From: Patescibacteria group bacterium UBA4473 | GTDB taxonomy: Bacteria > Patescibacteriota > Gracilibacteria > UBA4473 | DNA: 63,426 bases | NCBI GenBank assembly: GCA_002389285.1 | Contig: DGOF01000029.1 | Coordinates: forward strand, 1 to 63,426 | Direction: 5' to 3' | Shown here: in pieces, positions 53,642 through 62,195 of the stretch | Position numbering within the stretch: the first letter of the stretch is position 1 | Layout: each line of letters starts with the position of its first letter | The notes under the pieces: model-generated | The model's input: the letters and a program-made list of their open reading frames with translations, nothing else | Databases searched by the model: none | What the model was told of the DNA's origin: nothing | Made by a program: the position numbers and the translations under genes

Positions 53642-54760
53642 GTGAAAAAGCAGAATATCGTTCTCGTAGGATTTCGAGGTGCCGGGAAGACGACAATAGG
53701 TCGTGCGCTTGCCAAAGTTTCAGGGCTTCCTTTTGCGGACCTTGATGAAGAGGTAGAATTCGTATTGGGGGAATCTATTGTAGATTTTGTAGAGAAACAT
53801 GGTTGGCAGGTTTTTCGAGAAGTCGAACAAAAGGTGACGCATGATTTCTGTCGTAATTTTTCTGGTATTTTAGCCACCGGAGGGGGTACGATTGAGAATT
53901 CTAAAAATCTTCAGAATTTAAAAAAGACGGGGACTTTTGTCTTTGTAAATCCGAATTTTTCAAAAGTGAAAAAGTTTTTGATGCAGGATAAATCAGGAAA
54001 GCGTCCTCAGCTGAATCCTTCCGTGCCTTTTTCTCAGGAAATTGATATGTTGTGGGCTCAGCGTAAGGATATTTATTCGGCTACTGCGGATATAGAAATT
54101 AATCAGGAGTATGATGGAGACATGGAGGCTACGGCCAAGTCTTTACTAGAGGGGGTTTTGAAATCTCATTTACCGGCGCTTTCTCCAAAGAAACGCGTCG
54201 CTATTTTTTCTTCTACACGAGGGACAACTTTTCAGGGACTTTTGGATCGACAGGCGTTTGGACGAATACCAAATGTAGAGTTTGTTCTCTTTGTTACGAA
54301 TAAACCTGATTGTGAGGCCCTTGAAAAAGCAAAAAAGGCGGGGATAAGTAATATTGAAGTTTTGGGAGAGGATGACAATCTTTCACGTGAAGAATATGAT
54401 CGAGCGTTGATCAATATTGTACGAAGCCATAATCCGGATATAATTCTTTTGGCGGGGTGGATGCGTGTTTTGTCGGCTCTCTACTGTGATCAATTTGGTG
54501 ATATAAGTCTTAATGTTCATCCGTCACTCCTTCCTAAATTTGCAGGATTGATGAATTTAGAAATTCATAAAAAAGTACTTGAGTACGAAGAAAAGTATGC
54601 GGGATGTACCGTGCATAGAACTTCTGCTGAAGTTGATGAGGGTGAGCAAGTGTTGCAGAGAAAAGTTCTCGTTGATGAGAACGATACGCCCGATACGTTG
54701 CAGCAAAAAGTACAAAAACAAGAAGTACTGGCTTTTTGTGAAGTTCTTGAAAAGAGATAA
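53642..54760 (+). CDS. Fusion of shikimate kinase (AroK) and phosphoribosylglycinamide formyltransferase (PurN)
   Basis: N-terminal NIVLVGFRGAGKTT, DLD, GWQVFREVE, ATGGG; C-terminal RVAIFSSTRGT, LAGWMRVLS, NVHPSLLPKFAG, GCTVH, VDEG; GTG start. Confidence 0.9.
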   Translation: MKKQNIVLVGFRGAGKTTIGRALAKVSGLPFADLDEEVEFVLGESIVDFVEKHGWQVFREVEQKVTHDFCRNFSGILATGGGTIENSKNLQNLKKTGTFVFVNPNFSKVKKFLMQDKSGKRPQLNPSVPFSQEIDMLWAQRKDIYSATADIEINQEYDGDMEATAKSLLEGVLKSHLPALSPKKRVAIFSSTRGTTFQGLLDRQAFGRIPNVEFVLFVTNKPDCEALEKAKKAGISNIEVLGEDDNLSREEYDRALINIVRSHNPDIILLAGWMRVLSALYCDQFGDISLNVHPSLLPKFAGLMNLEIHKKVLEYEEKYAGCTVHRTSAEVDEGEQVLQRKVLVDENDTPDTLQQKVQKQEVLAFCEVLEKR

Positions 54761-54769
54761 GTCCTCGTC

Positions 54770-56074
54770 ATGAAGTTTTATTCTTCGAAAAACAAACAGA
54801 TTACCGCCGATTTTGAGCAGGCCCTTATGACAGGCCTTGCTTCTGATGGGGGGCTTTTTATGCCGGAAAGCTTTCCTTCTTTTTCAGAGGATCAGTTACA
54901 AACTTTTTCAGAACAATCTTTTCCTGTGGTGGCGGCGCAGGTGGCGCAGTGTTTTGTGGGATCGAGTATTCGGGAAGTAGATTTGCAACGTATTTGTAAG
55001 GAAGCCTATGACTTTTCCGTGCCATTTCATGCGTTAGAGGCTGATCAGCTTGTGTTAGAGCTTTTTCATGGACCTACGGCCGCCTTTAAAGATTTTGCGG
55101 CGCGATTTATGGCGCGATGTGTTGAGTACTTCTTGCTTCAAAAAAATCAGAAAAAGACGTTGCTTGTCGCGACCTCTGGTGATACCGGTGGGGCGGTGGG
55201 GCATGCTTTTCGAGGGATGGAAAATATGCAGGTTTTTATTCTATATCCGTCAGGAGGGGTCTCTCCCTTGCAGGAAAAACAATTGACTACGCTCGGGCAG
55301 AATGTGCAGGCTTTAGAGGTGAGGGGAAACTTTGATGACTGTCAGCGCATGGTCAAAGAAGCGTTTATGGATCAAGATTTCAACGACCAAATAAATCTTA
55401 TGTCGGCGAACTCTATTAATGTCGGACGTATTTTGCCGCAGAGTTTTTATTACTTTTGGACGAGTCTTCAACTTCAAAAACAGTTTCCGGGGCGAAAAAT
55501 CGTCTATTCTGTGCCCTCCGGAAATTTAGGGAATGTTACGGGTGGCTTGATGGCAAAGCGTATGGGAGCTCCGATCGATCGATTTATTATGGCGCAGAAC
55601 ACAAATCATCCGTTTGTTGATTTTTTGCAGACAGGATCTTTTGATCCAGGGGTTTCTATTTCGACGATTTCGAATGCGATGGATATCGGACATCCGAGTA
55701 ATTTTTATCGCATTGCAGAGCTTTATAAAGAGGACCTAGAGGGACTCAGGAAAGATGCATGGGGCGCTTCTTTTACGGATGATCAGACGCGAGCAGCGAT
55801 GAAGGATGTCTTTGAAAAATATGATTATGAGATGTGCCCTCATACAGCGGTGGGCTATTTAGGCCTTCAAAAATATAAACAAGAAGTCGATGAGTCGGTT
55901 CTTGGGGTTACTGTTTCAACCGCGCATCCAGGAAAATTTCAAGAACTTATGGTGGAAGTTTTGGGTCATGAAATATCTTTACCGGAAAGATTGCAATCTG
56001 TTTTGACCCACGATAAAATCGCTCGGATTATAGAAGCAGATCTTGGTTCCCTGAAAGACACAATCCTGACTTGA
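54770..56074 (+). CDS. thrC: Threonine synthase
   Basis: GLASDGGLFMP, ELFHGPTAAFKDF, ATSGDTG, SANSIN, PSGNLGN, STAHPGKF. Confidence 0.95.
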   Translation: MKFYSSKNKQITADFEQALMTGLASDGGLFMPESFPSFSEDQLQTFSEQSFPVVAAQVAQCFVGSSIREVDLQRICKEAYDFSVPFHALEADQLVLELFHGPTAAFKDFAARFMARCVEYFLLQKNQKKTLLVATSGDTGGAVGHAFRGMENMQVFILYPSGGVSPLQEKQLTTLGQNVQALEVRGNFDDCQRMVKEAFMDQDFNDQINLMSANSINVGRILPQSFYYFWTSLQLQKQFPGRKIVYSVPSGNLGNVTGGLMAKRMGAPIDRFIMAQNTNHPFVDFLQTGSFDPGVSISTISNAMDIGHPSNFYRIAELYKEDLEGLRKDAWGASFTDDQTRAAMKDVFEKYDYEMCPHTAVGYLGLQKYKQEVDESVLGVTVSTAHPGKFQELMVEVLGHEISLPERLQSVLTHDKIARIIEADLGSLKDTILT

Positions 56075-56078
56075 AATT

Positions 56079-56732
56079 ATGATTTTGACGCCTGAACAAC
56101 TTCACGAAAAGAAACAGAACCATTCTCTGAGGGTGGCTTTTGTGGGAATGTCGAATGTGGGAAAAAGTTTTCGAGCCAGAGAAATGGCCAAGTTTGATAA
56201 GTTTTTTCAGGTGAGTGTGGATGATTTGATTGCTGAGGGTATGCAATTGAAGAATATGTCAGCGCTGGCGAACTGGATGGGTTATCCGTATGAGGAAAAT
56301 TTTGAGGAGCATGTAAAAGAATATTTACAGCACGAGAAAAAGTTCACAACAAATATTGATCTTAGCTTGAACAAAAATATTGTTCTAGATACGACAGGAA
56401 GCGTTGTTTATCTCCCTTCAGAGGCACAAGAGTTTGTGAAAAATAATTTTTTGGTTATTAATCTTGAGTTGCCTGCGGCTATGAAAGACAAAATGATCGA
56501 TCATTTCTTTGCGCATCCGAAGCCGGTCGTCTGGGGAGAAAGTTTTGATCTTCAAGAGGGCGAAGATAAAAAAGAAGCTCTGCGTCGATGTTATCCAGAT
56601 CTTTTGGCCTGGCGTGAGGAAAAATACCGAGAGATGGCAGATGTATCGGTGAATTTTTTCGAAGATACGAGTTGGGTGGGGTACAGAGAGTTCTGGAGAA
56701 GATTGGAGGGCTCTTTGTCGGAGGAGGCTTAA
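56079..56732 (+). CDS. P-loop small-molecule kinase (shikimate-kinase-like fold)
   Basis: VAFVGMSNVGKS, VLDTTGSV, and terminal R..KY.EMAD; 4 bp after thrC. Confidence 0.75.
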   Translation: MILTPEQLHEKKQNHSLRVAFVGMSNVGKSFRAREMAKFDKFFQVSVDDLIAEGMQLKNMSALANWMGYPYEENFEEHVKEYLQHEKKFTTNIDLSLNKNIVLDTTGSVVYLPSEAQEFVKNNFLVINLELPAAMKDKMIDHFFAHPKPVVWGESFDLQEGEDKKEALRRCYPDLLAWREEKYREMADVSVNFFEDTSWVGYREFWRRLEGSLSEEA

Positions 56733-56737
56733 AATAC

Positions 56738-57397
56738 TTAAGCAATCGTTCCCCAAATAGATCCAAAGATGCGAGGATGTGTTTTTAAGCATGAGCCGAA
56801 TAACTCTTGGAAGTCTTTTTGAATTTCATTAGGATATGGTGCCCGGTGATAGGTTGTTCCGGTCATTATTTGAATGTTTCCATCGGTAGATCTTGTAGTG
56901 AGAGGGTCTAGTTCTGGCATGAAAATCTCACCGGATGGATAGTGGTAGGCATTCCAGTATTCTTCAGAAATGGGAACTTGTATGTCTGGTGGTAAGATTC
57001 GAGTCGGAGAAACGCTAAAGGTGGCGCGTAGTATTTTTGGATCACTTGCGTCTCGATGGGTTTTACAATTGCTCGAATCAGAGGCTTTTTCGATCCAGAC
57101 AGCAGAGAGTCTTTCGTCGATAGAGATGGGGGCAACGGTTACTTGTGAAAGAGCTATTAAAACATCATTTTTCACTGATTCGAGAACGGCTTGAAGTGTT
57201 TGTTGTAAATCATTTTCGGGTCTATCTTCTAGGTTCATAAATTCTTGCCTTCGTTCCCCAGTTAAGACAAACCCTTCTCTTATAAGTATTTCTTGAAGTT
57301 CTATAAGTTTTATATTTGGTTCGATGCAGGTTCCTCCGATATGAGAAAAATGTGTAAATCCATCTTTTATATCGGGCGTTCTTAATATGTTTCGCAT
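56738..57397 (-). CDS. Hypothetical protein (possible His/Asp metal site)
   Basis: 219-aa ORF; THRD...YHRAP could be a divergent HxD...H DSBH motif (weak). Confidence 0.55.
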   Translation of the reverse strand: MRNILRTPDIKDGFTHFSHIGGTCIEPNIKLIELQEILIREGFVLTGERRQEFMNLEDRPENDLQQTLQAVLESVKNDVLIALSQVTVAPISIDERLSAVWIEKASDSSNCKTHRDASDPKILRATFSVSPTRILPPDIQVPISEEYWNAYHYPSGEIFMPELDPLTTRSTDGNIQIMTGTTYHRAPYPNEIQKDFQELFGSCLKTHPRIFGSIWGTIA

Positions 57398-57450
57398 GTA
57401 CTTCTTTTATTTGTTTTGATCTTTTTGTCAAACGTGGTATGTTCTGACTG

Positions 57451-57606
57451 ATGAGTATCAATTCTCTTTCGGAATCGTTTAAAGAAACAGGAAAAAATAT
57501 CTTCAAGGGAGGATTGATGATTGCTGCGGGACTTTTGATGCTGCCACCGGCGGTAGCTATTGCGACACAGGGGGTGAGTGCGAGTGTGGCCGGTGTTTTG
57601 GCTTGA
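57451..57606 (+). CDS. Small hydrophobic protein (51 aa), below the ORF-track cutoff
   Basis: MSINSLSESFKETGKNIFKGGLMIAAGLLMLPPAVAIATQGVSASVAGVLA; TTGATC-N16-TATGTT ends 7 nt before the ATG. Confidence 0.6.
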   Translation: MSINSLSESFKETGKNIFKGGLMIAAGLLMLPPAVAIATQGVSASVAGVLA

Positions 57607-57642
57607 TGAAAGTATTTTCTTGATTAAAATGACCTCACTTAC

Positions 57643-57720
57643 GGGGCATTAGCTCAGCTTGGCTAGAGCGCATGCATGGCATGCATGAGGTCATCGGTTC
57701 GAGTCCGATATGCTCCACCA
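57643..57720 (+). tRNA. tRNA-Ala (GGC)
   Basis: GGGGCAT/ATGCTCC acceptor stem with G3:U70, anticodon stem CATGC/GCATG around ATGGCAT, GGTTCGAGTCC T-arm, encoded CCA. Confidence 0.97.
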
Positions 57721-57735
57721 AACTTTATTCTTTTT

Positions 57736-58242
57736 ATGCATATTTTCTCTTGGATATACCAGAAGCAGTGGAGAAGGAATTTTTTTTATACCGTGAGTAT
57801 TATTGGCTCTCTTACGGTTATTGTCGGTGTTTTCTTTCTGGGGATTCTTTTGGTAGAGGGTCCATTTCCGCCGCTTCATGATGCGGCTCGAAGCGGTGAT
57901 TCTCAGCAAGTGGAACAGCTTCTTGATGGGAAATCTGTGGATATTAATGCCCGATTCAATGAAGGTTCAACGGCTTTGATGATAGCGGCATTCAACCATA
58001 ATATTGATGTGGTGCGCGTGCTTTTGGAGGCGGGGGCGGATGTTAACTTACAAAATGATTTTGGATCTACGGCTTTAATGGAGGCGGTTCTTTTTGATTT
58101 TGAAGGCGATACACAGGTGCTTTTAGAAGTGTTGCTTGAAGCGGGAGCCAATATTTATGTAAAAGATGAAAAGGGTCTTACCGCCATGGATCACGCGCAA
58201 GAAGAATGGGTGGAATCTTTTTTGAGAACTTGGAAACATTAA
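57736..58242 (+). CDS. Membrane-anchored ankyrin repeat protein
   Basis: TM helix followed by PLHDAA, GSTALMIAA, LLEAGADVN, GSTALMEA, GLTAMDHA. Confidence 0.88.
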   Translation: MHIFSWIYQKQWRRNFFYTVSIIGSLTVIVGVFFLGILLVEGPFPPLHDAARSGDSQQVEQLLDGKSVDINARFNEGSTALMIAAFNHNIDVVRVLLEAGADVNLQNDFGSTALMEAVLFDFEGDTQVLLEVLLEAGANIYVKDEKGLTAMDHAQEEWVESFLRTWKH

Positions 58243-58254
58243 ATTTAGATTAAA

Positions 58255-58818
58255 ATGATTGGTTTTCTTTCCGGTATCGTGGCTCGTATGGACGCCAAAG
58301 AGGTCTTGATACAGACTTCTGGGGGTGTTGGGTATAGTGTGCATCCAGCCGGATCGCTTTTAGCGGAGTGCAAAGAGGGAGAGAAGATCTCGGCTGAAAT
58401 TTTTACCGTGGTGAGAGAACAAGAGATTTCATTGTATGGGTTTGGGCATAAAGATGAAAAACAGCTTTTTATAAAAGTTATTTCGGTTTCCGGTATTGGG
58501 CCCAAAATAGGGCTTCAAATTGTATCGATGAGTCCGGCAAGATTTATGACGGCAGTTGAACACGGTGATGTCCCGGTTTTGACGGAGATTCCCGGCTTGG
58601 GTAAAAAGACCGCTGAGCGATTGATTATTGAATTGCGGGGTAAACTTGATCTGACAGCGTCTGAGGGCCCACAGGCTTCTCCTGCGCTAGAGGAGGCCAT
58701 CACAGCATTAGAAGGCTTGGGTTATGATCGGAAGACGATTCAGCAGCGAATCGAACAGACGGGGGCAAAAACATCCGCGGAAGAGATGATCAAAGATTTT
58801 TTGAAGTCAAATGCGTAG
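58255..58818 (+). CDS. ruvA: Holliday junction branch migration protein RuvA
   Basis: MIGFLSG, GGVGY, LYGF, VSGIGPK, IPGLGKKTAERLIIEL, ALEGLGY. Confidence 0.96.
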   Translation: MIGFLSGIVARMDAKEVLIQTSGGVGYSVHPAGSLLAECKEGEKISAEIFTVVREQEISLYGFGHKDEKQLFIKVISVSGIGPKIGLQIVSMSPARFMTAVEHGDVPVLTEIPGLGKKTAERLIIELRGKLDLTASEGPQASPALEEAITALEGLGYDRKTIQQRIEQTGAKTSAEEMIKDFLKSNA

Positions 58819-59032
58819 GCTTGATAAGCTTTTGGCTTGGATCTTAATACAGGTCATTAAGCTCTATCGGCTCCTTTTGTCACCGGATCATTCTTTTTGG
58901 AGTTCGGCGTTTCCTTTTTTGGGATGTAAAGATTATCCCAGTTGTTCGAGTTATAGCTTGGAGGTCTTGAAAAAACAGGGGTTTTTGAAAGGGGTGCCTA
59001 AAATAATCCTGCGCGTATTGAAATGTCACTGA
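58811..59032 (+). CDS. yidD: Membrane protein insertion efficiency factor
   Basis: IKLYRLLLSP...CKDYPSCSSY...RVLKCH. Confidence 0.88.
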   Translation: MRRLDKLLAWILIQVIKLYRLLLSPDHSFWSSAFPFLGCKDYPSCSSYSLEVLKKQGFLKGVPKIILRVLKCH

Positions 59033-59086
59033 GTCTCCCTATACTCTTTCAGAATAATTTATAACATTTCTCTTTAAAATTTATCT

Positions 59087-59974
59087 ATGGTTTTGATTTC
59101 TCTTCTTGTCTTCGTGGTTATTTTTTCTTTTCTTATTCTGATTCATGAGTTTGGGCATTTTTATGTGGCCCGGAAGTCAGGTATTAAAGTCGAAGAATTT
59201 GGTCTGGGGTTGGGGAAAAAAATATGGGGAAAAAAGATAGGCGAAACAGAATATACCCTGAATGCGGTTCCTTTTGGGGGATTTGTTCGAATGTTGGGGG
59301 AAGAAGAAAACTCCAAAGACCCAAGGAGTTTTTCTTCTGCGGCGCTTTGGAAAAGAATGGCCGTGACATTGGCGGGTGTTTTTATGAATTTCATAGGAAC
59401 GATTGTTCTTCTTACTATTGTGTTTACGGCGGGGGCGACTCCGATTATTACTTCACAGGCTGAGCTTTCGGCCGCGGAGGAGGCCGGACTGGTTGAGATG
59501 AGTGAACCGGATGAGGAGGGACGTCGGAAAATTATTACTATGGAAAAAATACGATATGGATTCCCTCAGTCTTTTTTGTTCTCCCTTCACGAAACAAAGC
59601 GTTTGACGGGGGTTATCCTTGAAAAGGCTATTGAAATTCCTCGTAAGCTTGTACAAACAGGAAGTCTTCCGGAAGGTTTGGCCGGTCCCGTGGGTATTGC
59701 GGATGTAACACATCAAGTAGTTCCTTCTGGATTTATAGCCATTTTGAAGTTAGCGGCCTTGCTTTCTTTGTCTTTGGCGGTCATGAATTTGTTGCCTATT
59801 CCTGCTTTGGATGGGGGGCGATTGTTGTTCCAACTCGTTGAATTAGTGCTGAAGCCTTTGAAGGTAAAAATCAATGAGAGTCTGGAAAATGCCGTTCATT
59901 TGGGGGGCTATGTGCTTTTAATGCTTTTTCTCGTGGCGGTGACCTGGAATGACATTGTGAATCTTATAAGCTAA
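59087..59974 (+). CDS. M50 site-2 metalloprotease, RseP-like, no evident PDZ domain
   Basis: IHEFGH, VEEFGLG, PFGGFVRMLGE, LAGVFMN, GPVGI, NLLPIPALDGGR. Confidence 0.9.
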   Translation: MVLISLLVFVVIFSFLILIHEFGHFYVARKSGIKVEEFGLGLGKKIWGKKIGETEYTLNAVPFGGFVRMLGEEENSKDPRSFSSAALWKRMAVTLAGVFMNFIGTIVLLTIVFTAGATPIITSQAELSAAEEAGLVEMSEPDEEGRRKIITMEKIRYGFPQSFLFSLHETKRLTGVILEKAIEIPRKLVQTGSLPEGLAGPVGIADVTHQVVPSGFIAILKLAALLSLSLAVMNLLPIPALDGGRLLFQLVELVLKPLKVKINESLENAVHLGGYVLLMLFLVAVTWNDIVNLIS

Positions 59975-60030
59975 AAAAGTTGACACCGAGGGGCTAAACC
60001 TTACAATGGCCCGGCTTTTCAAAGAAAATT

Positions 60031-60684
60031 ATGGCAGAAAAATATTCGCTTGCGGCTCAGGGACGGGATGCTTCAGTAAAACAATCAGCTCGAGAGACTC
60101 GTGCCGAAAGACGTGTTCCAGGCGTTGTTTATGGGAAAGGGTTTGATTCAGAGTCTGTTTCTGTTGCTTACTCAGATCTCTTGCGTCTGTATCGTAAAGC
60201 CGGTACCTCTGCTTTGGTAGAGATTGATTTGGATGGAAAATCTATTCCGGTTTTGATCCATCGATTGGATTTACATCCCTCACGACAGGAAATTCAACAT
60301 GTAGATTTTTATGCGGTGAACCTGAAAGAAAAAACAATGGTGGAGGTTCCTTTCGCTTTTGTGGGAGAATCTTTGGCGGTCAAAAACCAAGGAGGAATTT
60401 TCATGCAGGATCACAACTCTATCTCTATTCGTTGTTTGCCAACGGAGATTCCTGCAGAGATTACGATTGATATTTCAGTGTTAGAAAATATTCATGATCA
60501 TATTAATGTCTCATCTTTGGGACTTGATCCTGAAAAGTTTGAAATCATGAACCTTGAGCCTGATACGGTTATTTGTTCTATCACAGGACACATGGAAGAT
60601 GAAAAAGAAGAAGAAGCTGTCGCAGTAGAAGGTGAAGAAGGTACTGCTGCAGAAGGCGAAGAGAAAGAGGAGGGAAAGGAATAA
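60031..60684 (+). CDS. rplY: 50S ribosomal protein L25/Ctc
   Basis: VPGVVYG, HVDFY, VEVP..VGE, CLPTEIP; promoter TTGACA-N16-TACAAT at 59980-60007. Confidence 0.95.
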   Translation: MAEKYSLAAQGRDASVKQSARETRAERRVPGVVYGKGFDSESVSVAYSDLLRLYRKAGTSALVEIDLDGKSIPVLIHRLDLHPSRQEIQHVDFYAVNLKEKTMVEVPFAFVGESLAVKNQGGIFMQDHNSISIRCLPTEIPAEITIDISVLENIHDHINVSSLGLDPEKFEIMNLEPDTVICSITGHMEDEKEEEAVAVEGEEGTAAEGEEKEEGKE

Positions 60685-60694
60685 ATTTCTGAGT

Positions 60695-60732
60695 AAAAAA
60701 AATAAGCCCTCGTTCATAGAACGGGGGTTTTT
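60695..60732. terminator. Bidirectional terminator between rplY and dnaA
   Basis: AGCCCTCGTTC-ATA-GAACGGGGGTT flanked by A and T runs. Confidence 0.7.
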
Positions 60733-60752
60733 AAAATTAATTATTTGCGCGC

Positions 60753-62165
60753 TTATCGGACTCCCAAATCTTTTCGTAAGGCATGGATGTGTCGTGCGGT
60801 GGGGGAGTCTTTTCTTTTGAGACCTCCGATTTTTCGGATGCCGTGCATGATAGTGGTGTGGTTTTTGCCGCCAAAATCCTTTCCAATAGCTTCAAAGCTC
60901 ATGTCGAGGAGGTCTTTGCAGAGAATCCAGGCAATCTGACGAGGATAGACTATTTCTTTTTTTCGAGATTTTCCAAGTAGATCTGTGGCCGGGATTTGAA
61001 AATAGTCACTGACCGCAGTTATGACGTCATCGGTTGATCGTGCAAATCCTTTTTTACTGTTTTCAACGGTGAGAATGTCTTCGGATGGATTAAGTTTTCT
61101 GAAAATTTTACTGACAGACTGAACCGTAGGAGAAATGTTGGTCAGTTCAATTTCCGCAGAAATTTGGGTGAGTACGTTTTCCATTTCCCGAAGATTGTGG
61201 CGTGTGTTGGAGGCGATGAATTCTTGAATGTCCTGGGGAAGGATCAGGCTTCGGTCTTTCATTTTTTCTTGGACAATAGCCATGCGAGTTTCAAATCCTG
61301 GCATTTTGACATCTACCGAGAGTCCCCATCCCATACGGGAACGAAGTCGATCTGATATTCCAGCCAGTTCAGAAGGCGGTCTGTCAGCAGAAAAAATAAT
61401 CTGTTTTTGAAACTCGTACAGATCATTAAAGGTGTTAAAGAGTTCTTCCTGGGTTTTTTCTTTCCCTTCAAAAAATTGCACGTCATCGATAATAAGGGCG
61501 TCTACGCGTCGGTATTTTTTTCGAAATTCATTATTTTTTCGTTCACGAATGGCTTTTATGATTTCATTCATGAATCGTTCTGATGTGGTGTAGACGATGA
61601 CGGCGTCAGGATTCTTTTTTAGAATTTCATTCGCTGTTCCCTGAAGGAGGTGTGTTTTTCCCAATCCGACCCCTCCATAAATAAAGATTGGATTGTATTT
61701 CTTGATTTGTCCTTTTTTTGAGCTTTCGGCAACAGCCATACAGGCCGCATGCGCCATTCTGTTCTCGTCTCCTACGATATAATTCCCAAGGGTGAACTTG
61801 GGGTGGATAATACGTGATTCAACGCCCTCGGCGAGTTTTACGTCTGGACGGTTGGGAAGTTTCCGTGGGGCTTTGGGTTTTTCAAAGATTGGTGCGTGAA
61901 CGGGGGCTTTGTCGGCCAGGGATAAATCGACTTTGAAGTATACTTTTTGAATTTCTGGGAGAACGGCTTTGAGGTTGGTGAGAATCATCCCGTTGTATTT
62001 GTTCTCCAGCCAATTCTTATTCATCTCGGTTGGACAGGCGATGAGGACGGCGCCCCCTGATATTTCCGCAATATGCACCTTTTTAAACCAGGTATGGAAT
62101 TCCATTCGAGAAAGTTTCTCAGAGAGACGGGTAAGAACGGCGTTCCAGGCTTGGGAATTGTCCAT
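60753..62165 (-). CDS. dnaA: Chromosomal replication initiator
   Basis: YNPIFIYGGVGLGKTHL, LIIDDVQF, TQEELFNTFN, DRLRSR, PRQIA, GGKNHTTIMH. Confidence 0.97.
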   Translation of the reverse strand: MDNSQAWNAVLTRLSEKLSRMEFHTWFKKVHIAEISGGAVLIACPTEMNKNWLENKYNGMILTNLKAVLPEIQKVYFKVDLSLADKAPVHAPIFEKPKAPRKLPNRPDVKLAEGVESRIIHPKFTLGNYIVGDENRMAHAACMAVAESSKKGQIKKYNPIFIYGGVGLGKTHLLQGTANEILKKNPDAVIVYTTSERFMNEIIKAIRERKNNEFRKKYRRVDALIIDDVQFFEGKEKTQEELFNTFNDLYEFQKQIIFSADRPPSELAGISDRLRSRMGWGLSVDVKMPGFETRMAIVQEKMKDRSLILPQDIQEFIASNTRHNLREMENVLTQISAEIELTNISPTVQSVSKIFRKLNPSEDILTVENSKKGFARSTDDVITAVSDYFQIPATDLLGKSRKKEIVYPRQIAWILCKDLLDMSFEAIGKDFGGKNHTTIMHGIRKIGGLKRKDSPTARHIHALRKDLGVR

Positions 62166-62195
62166 GGTTGGGGAGAGTGCGGAGGCGTTAGGAGA

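Noticed and set aside
57676..57735. Upstream extension of the ankyrin ORF
   Set aside because: It overlaps tRNA-Ala; the start is more plausibly the ATG at 57736.
57643..58242. Integrative element at tRNA-Ala
   Set aside because: No integrase and no duplicated tRNA 3' end seen in the window.
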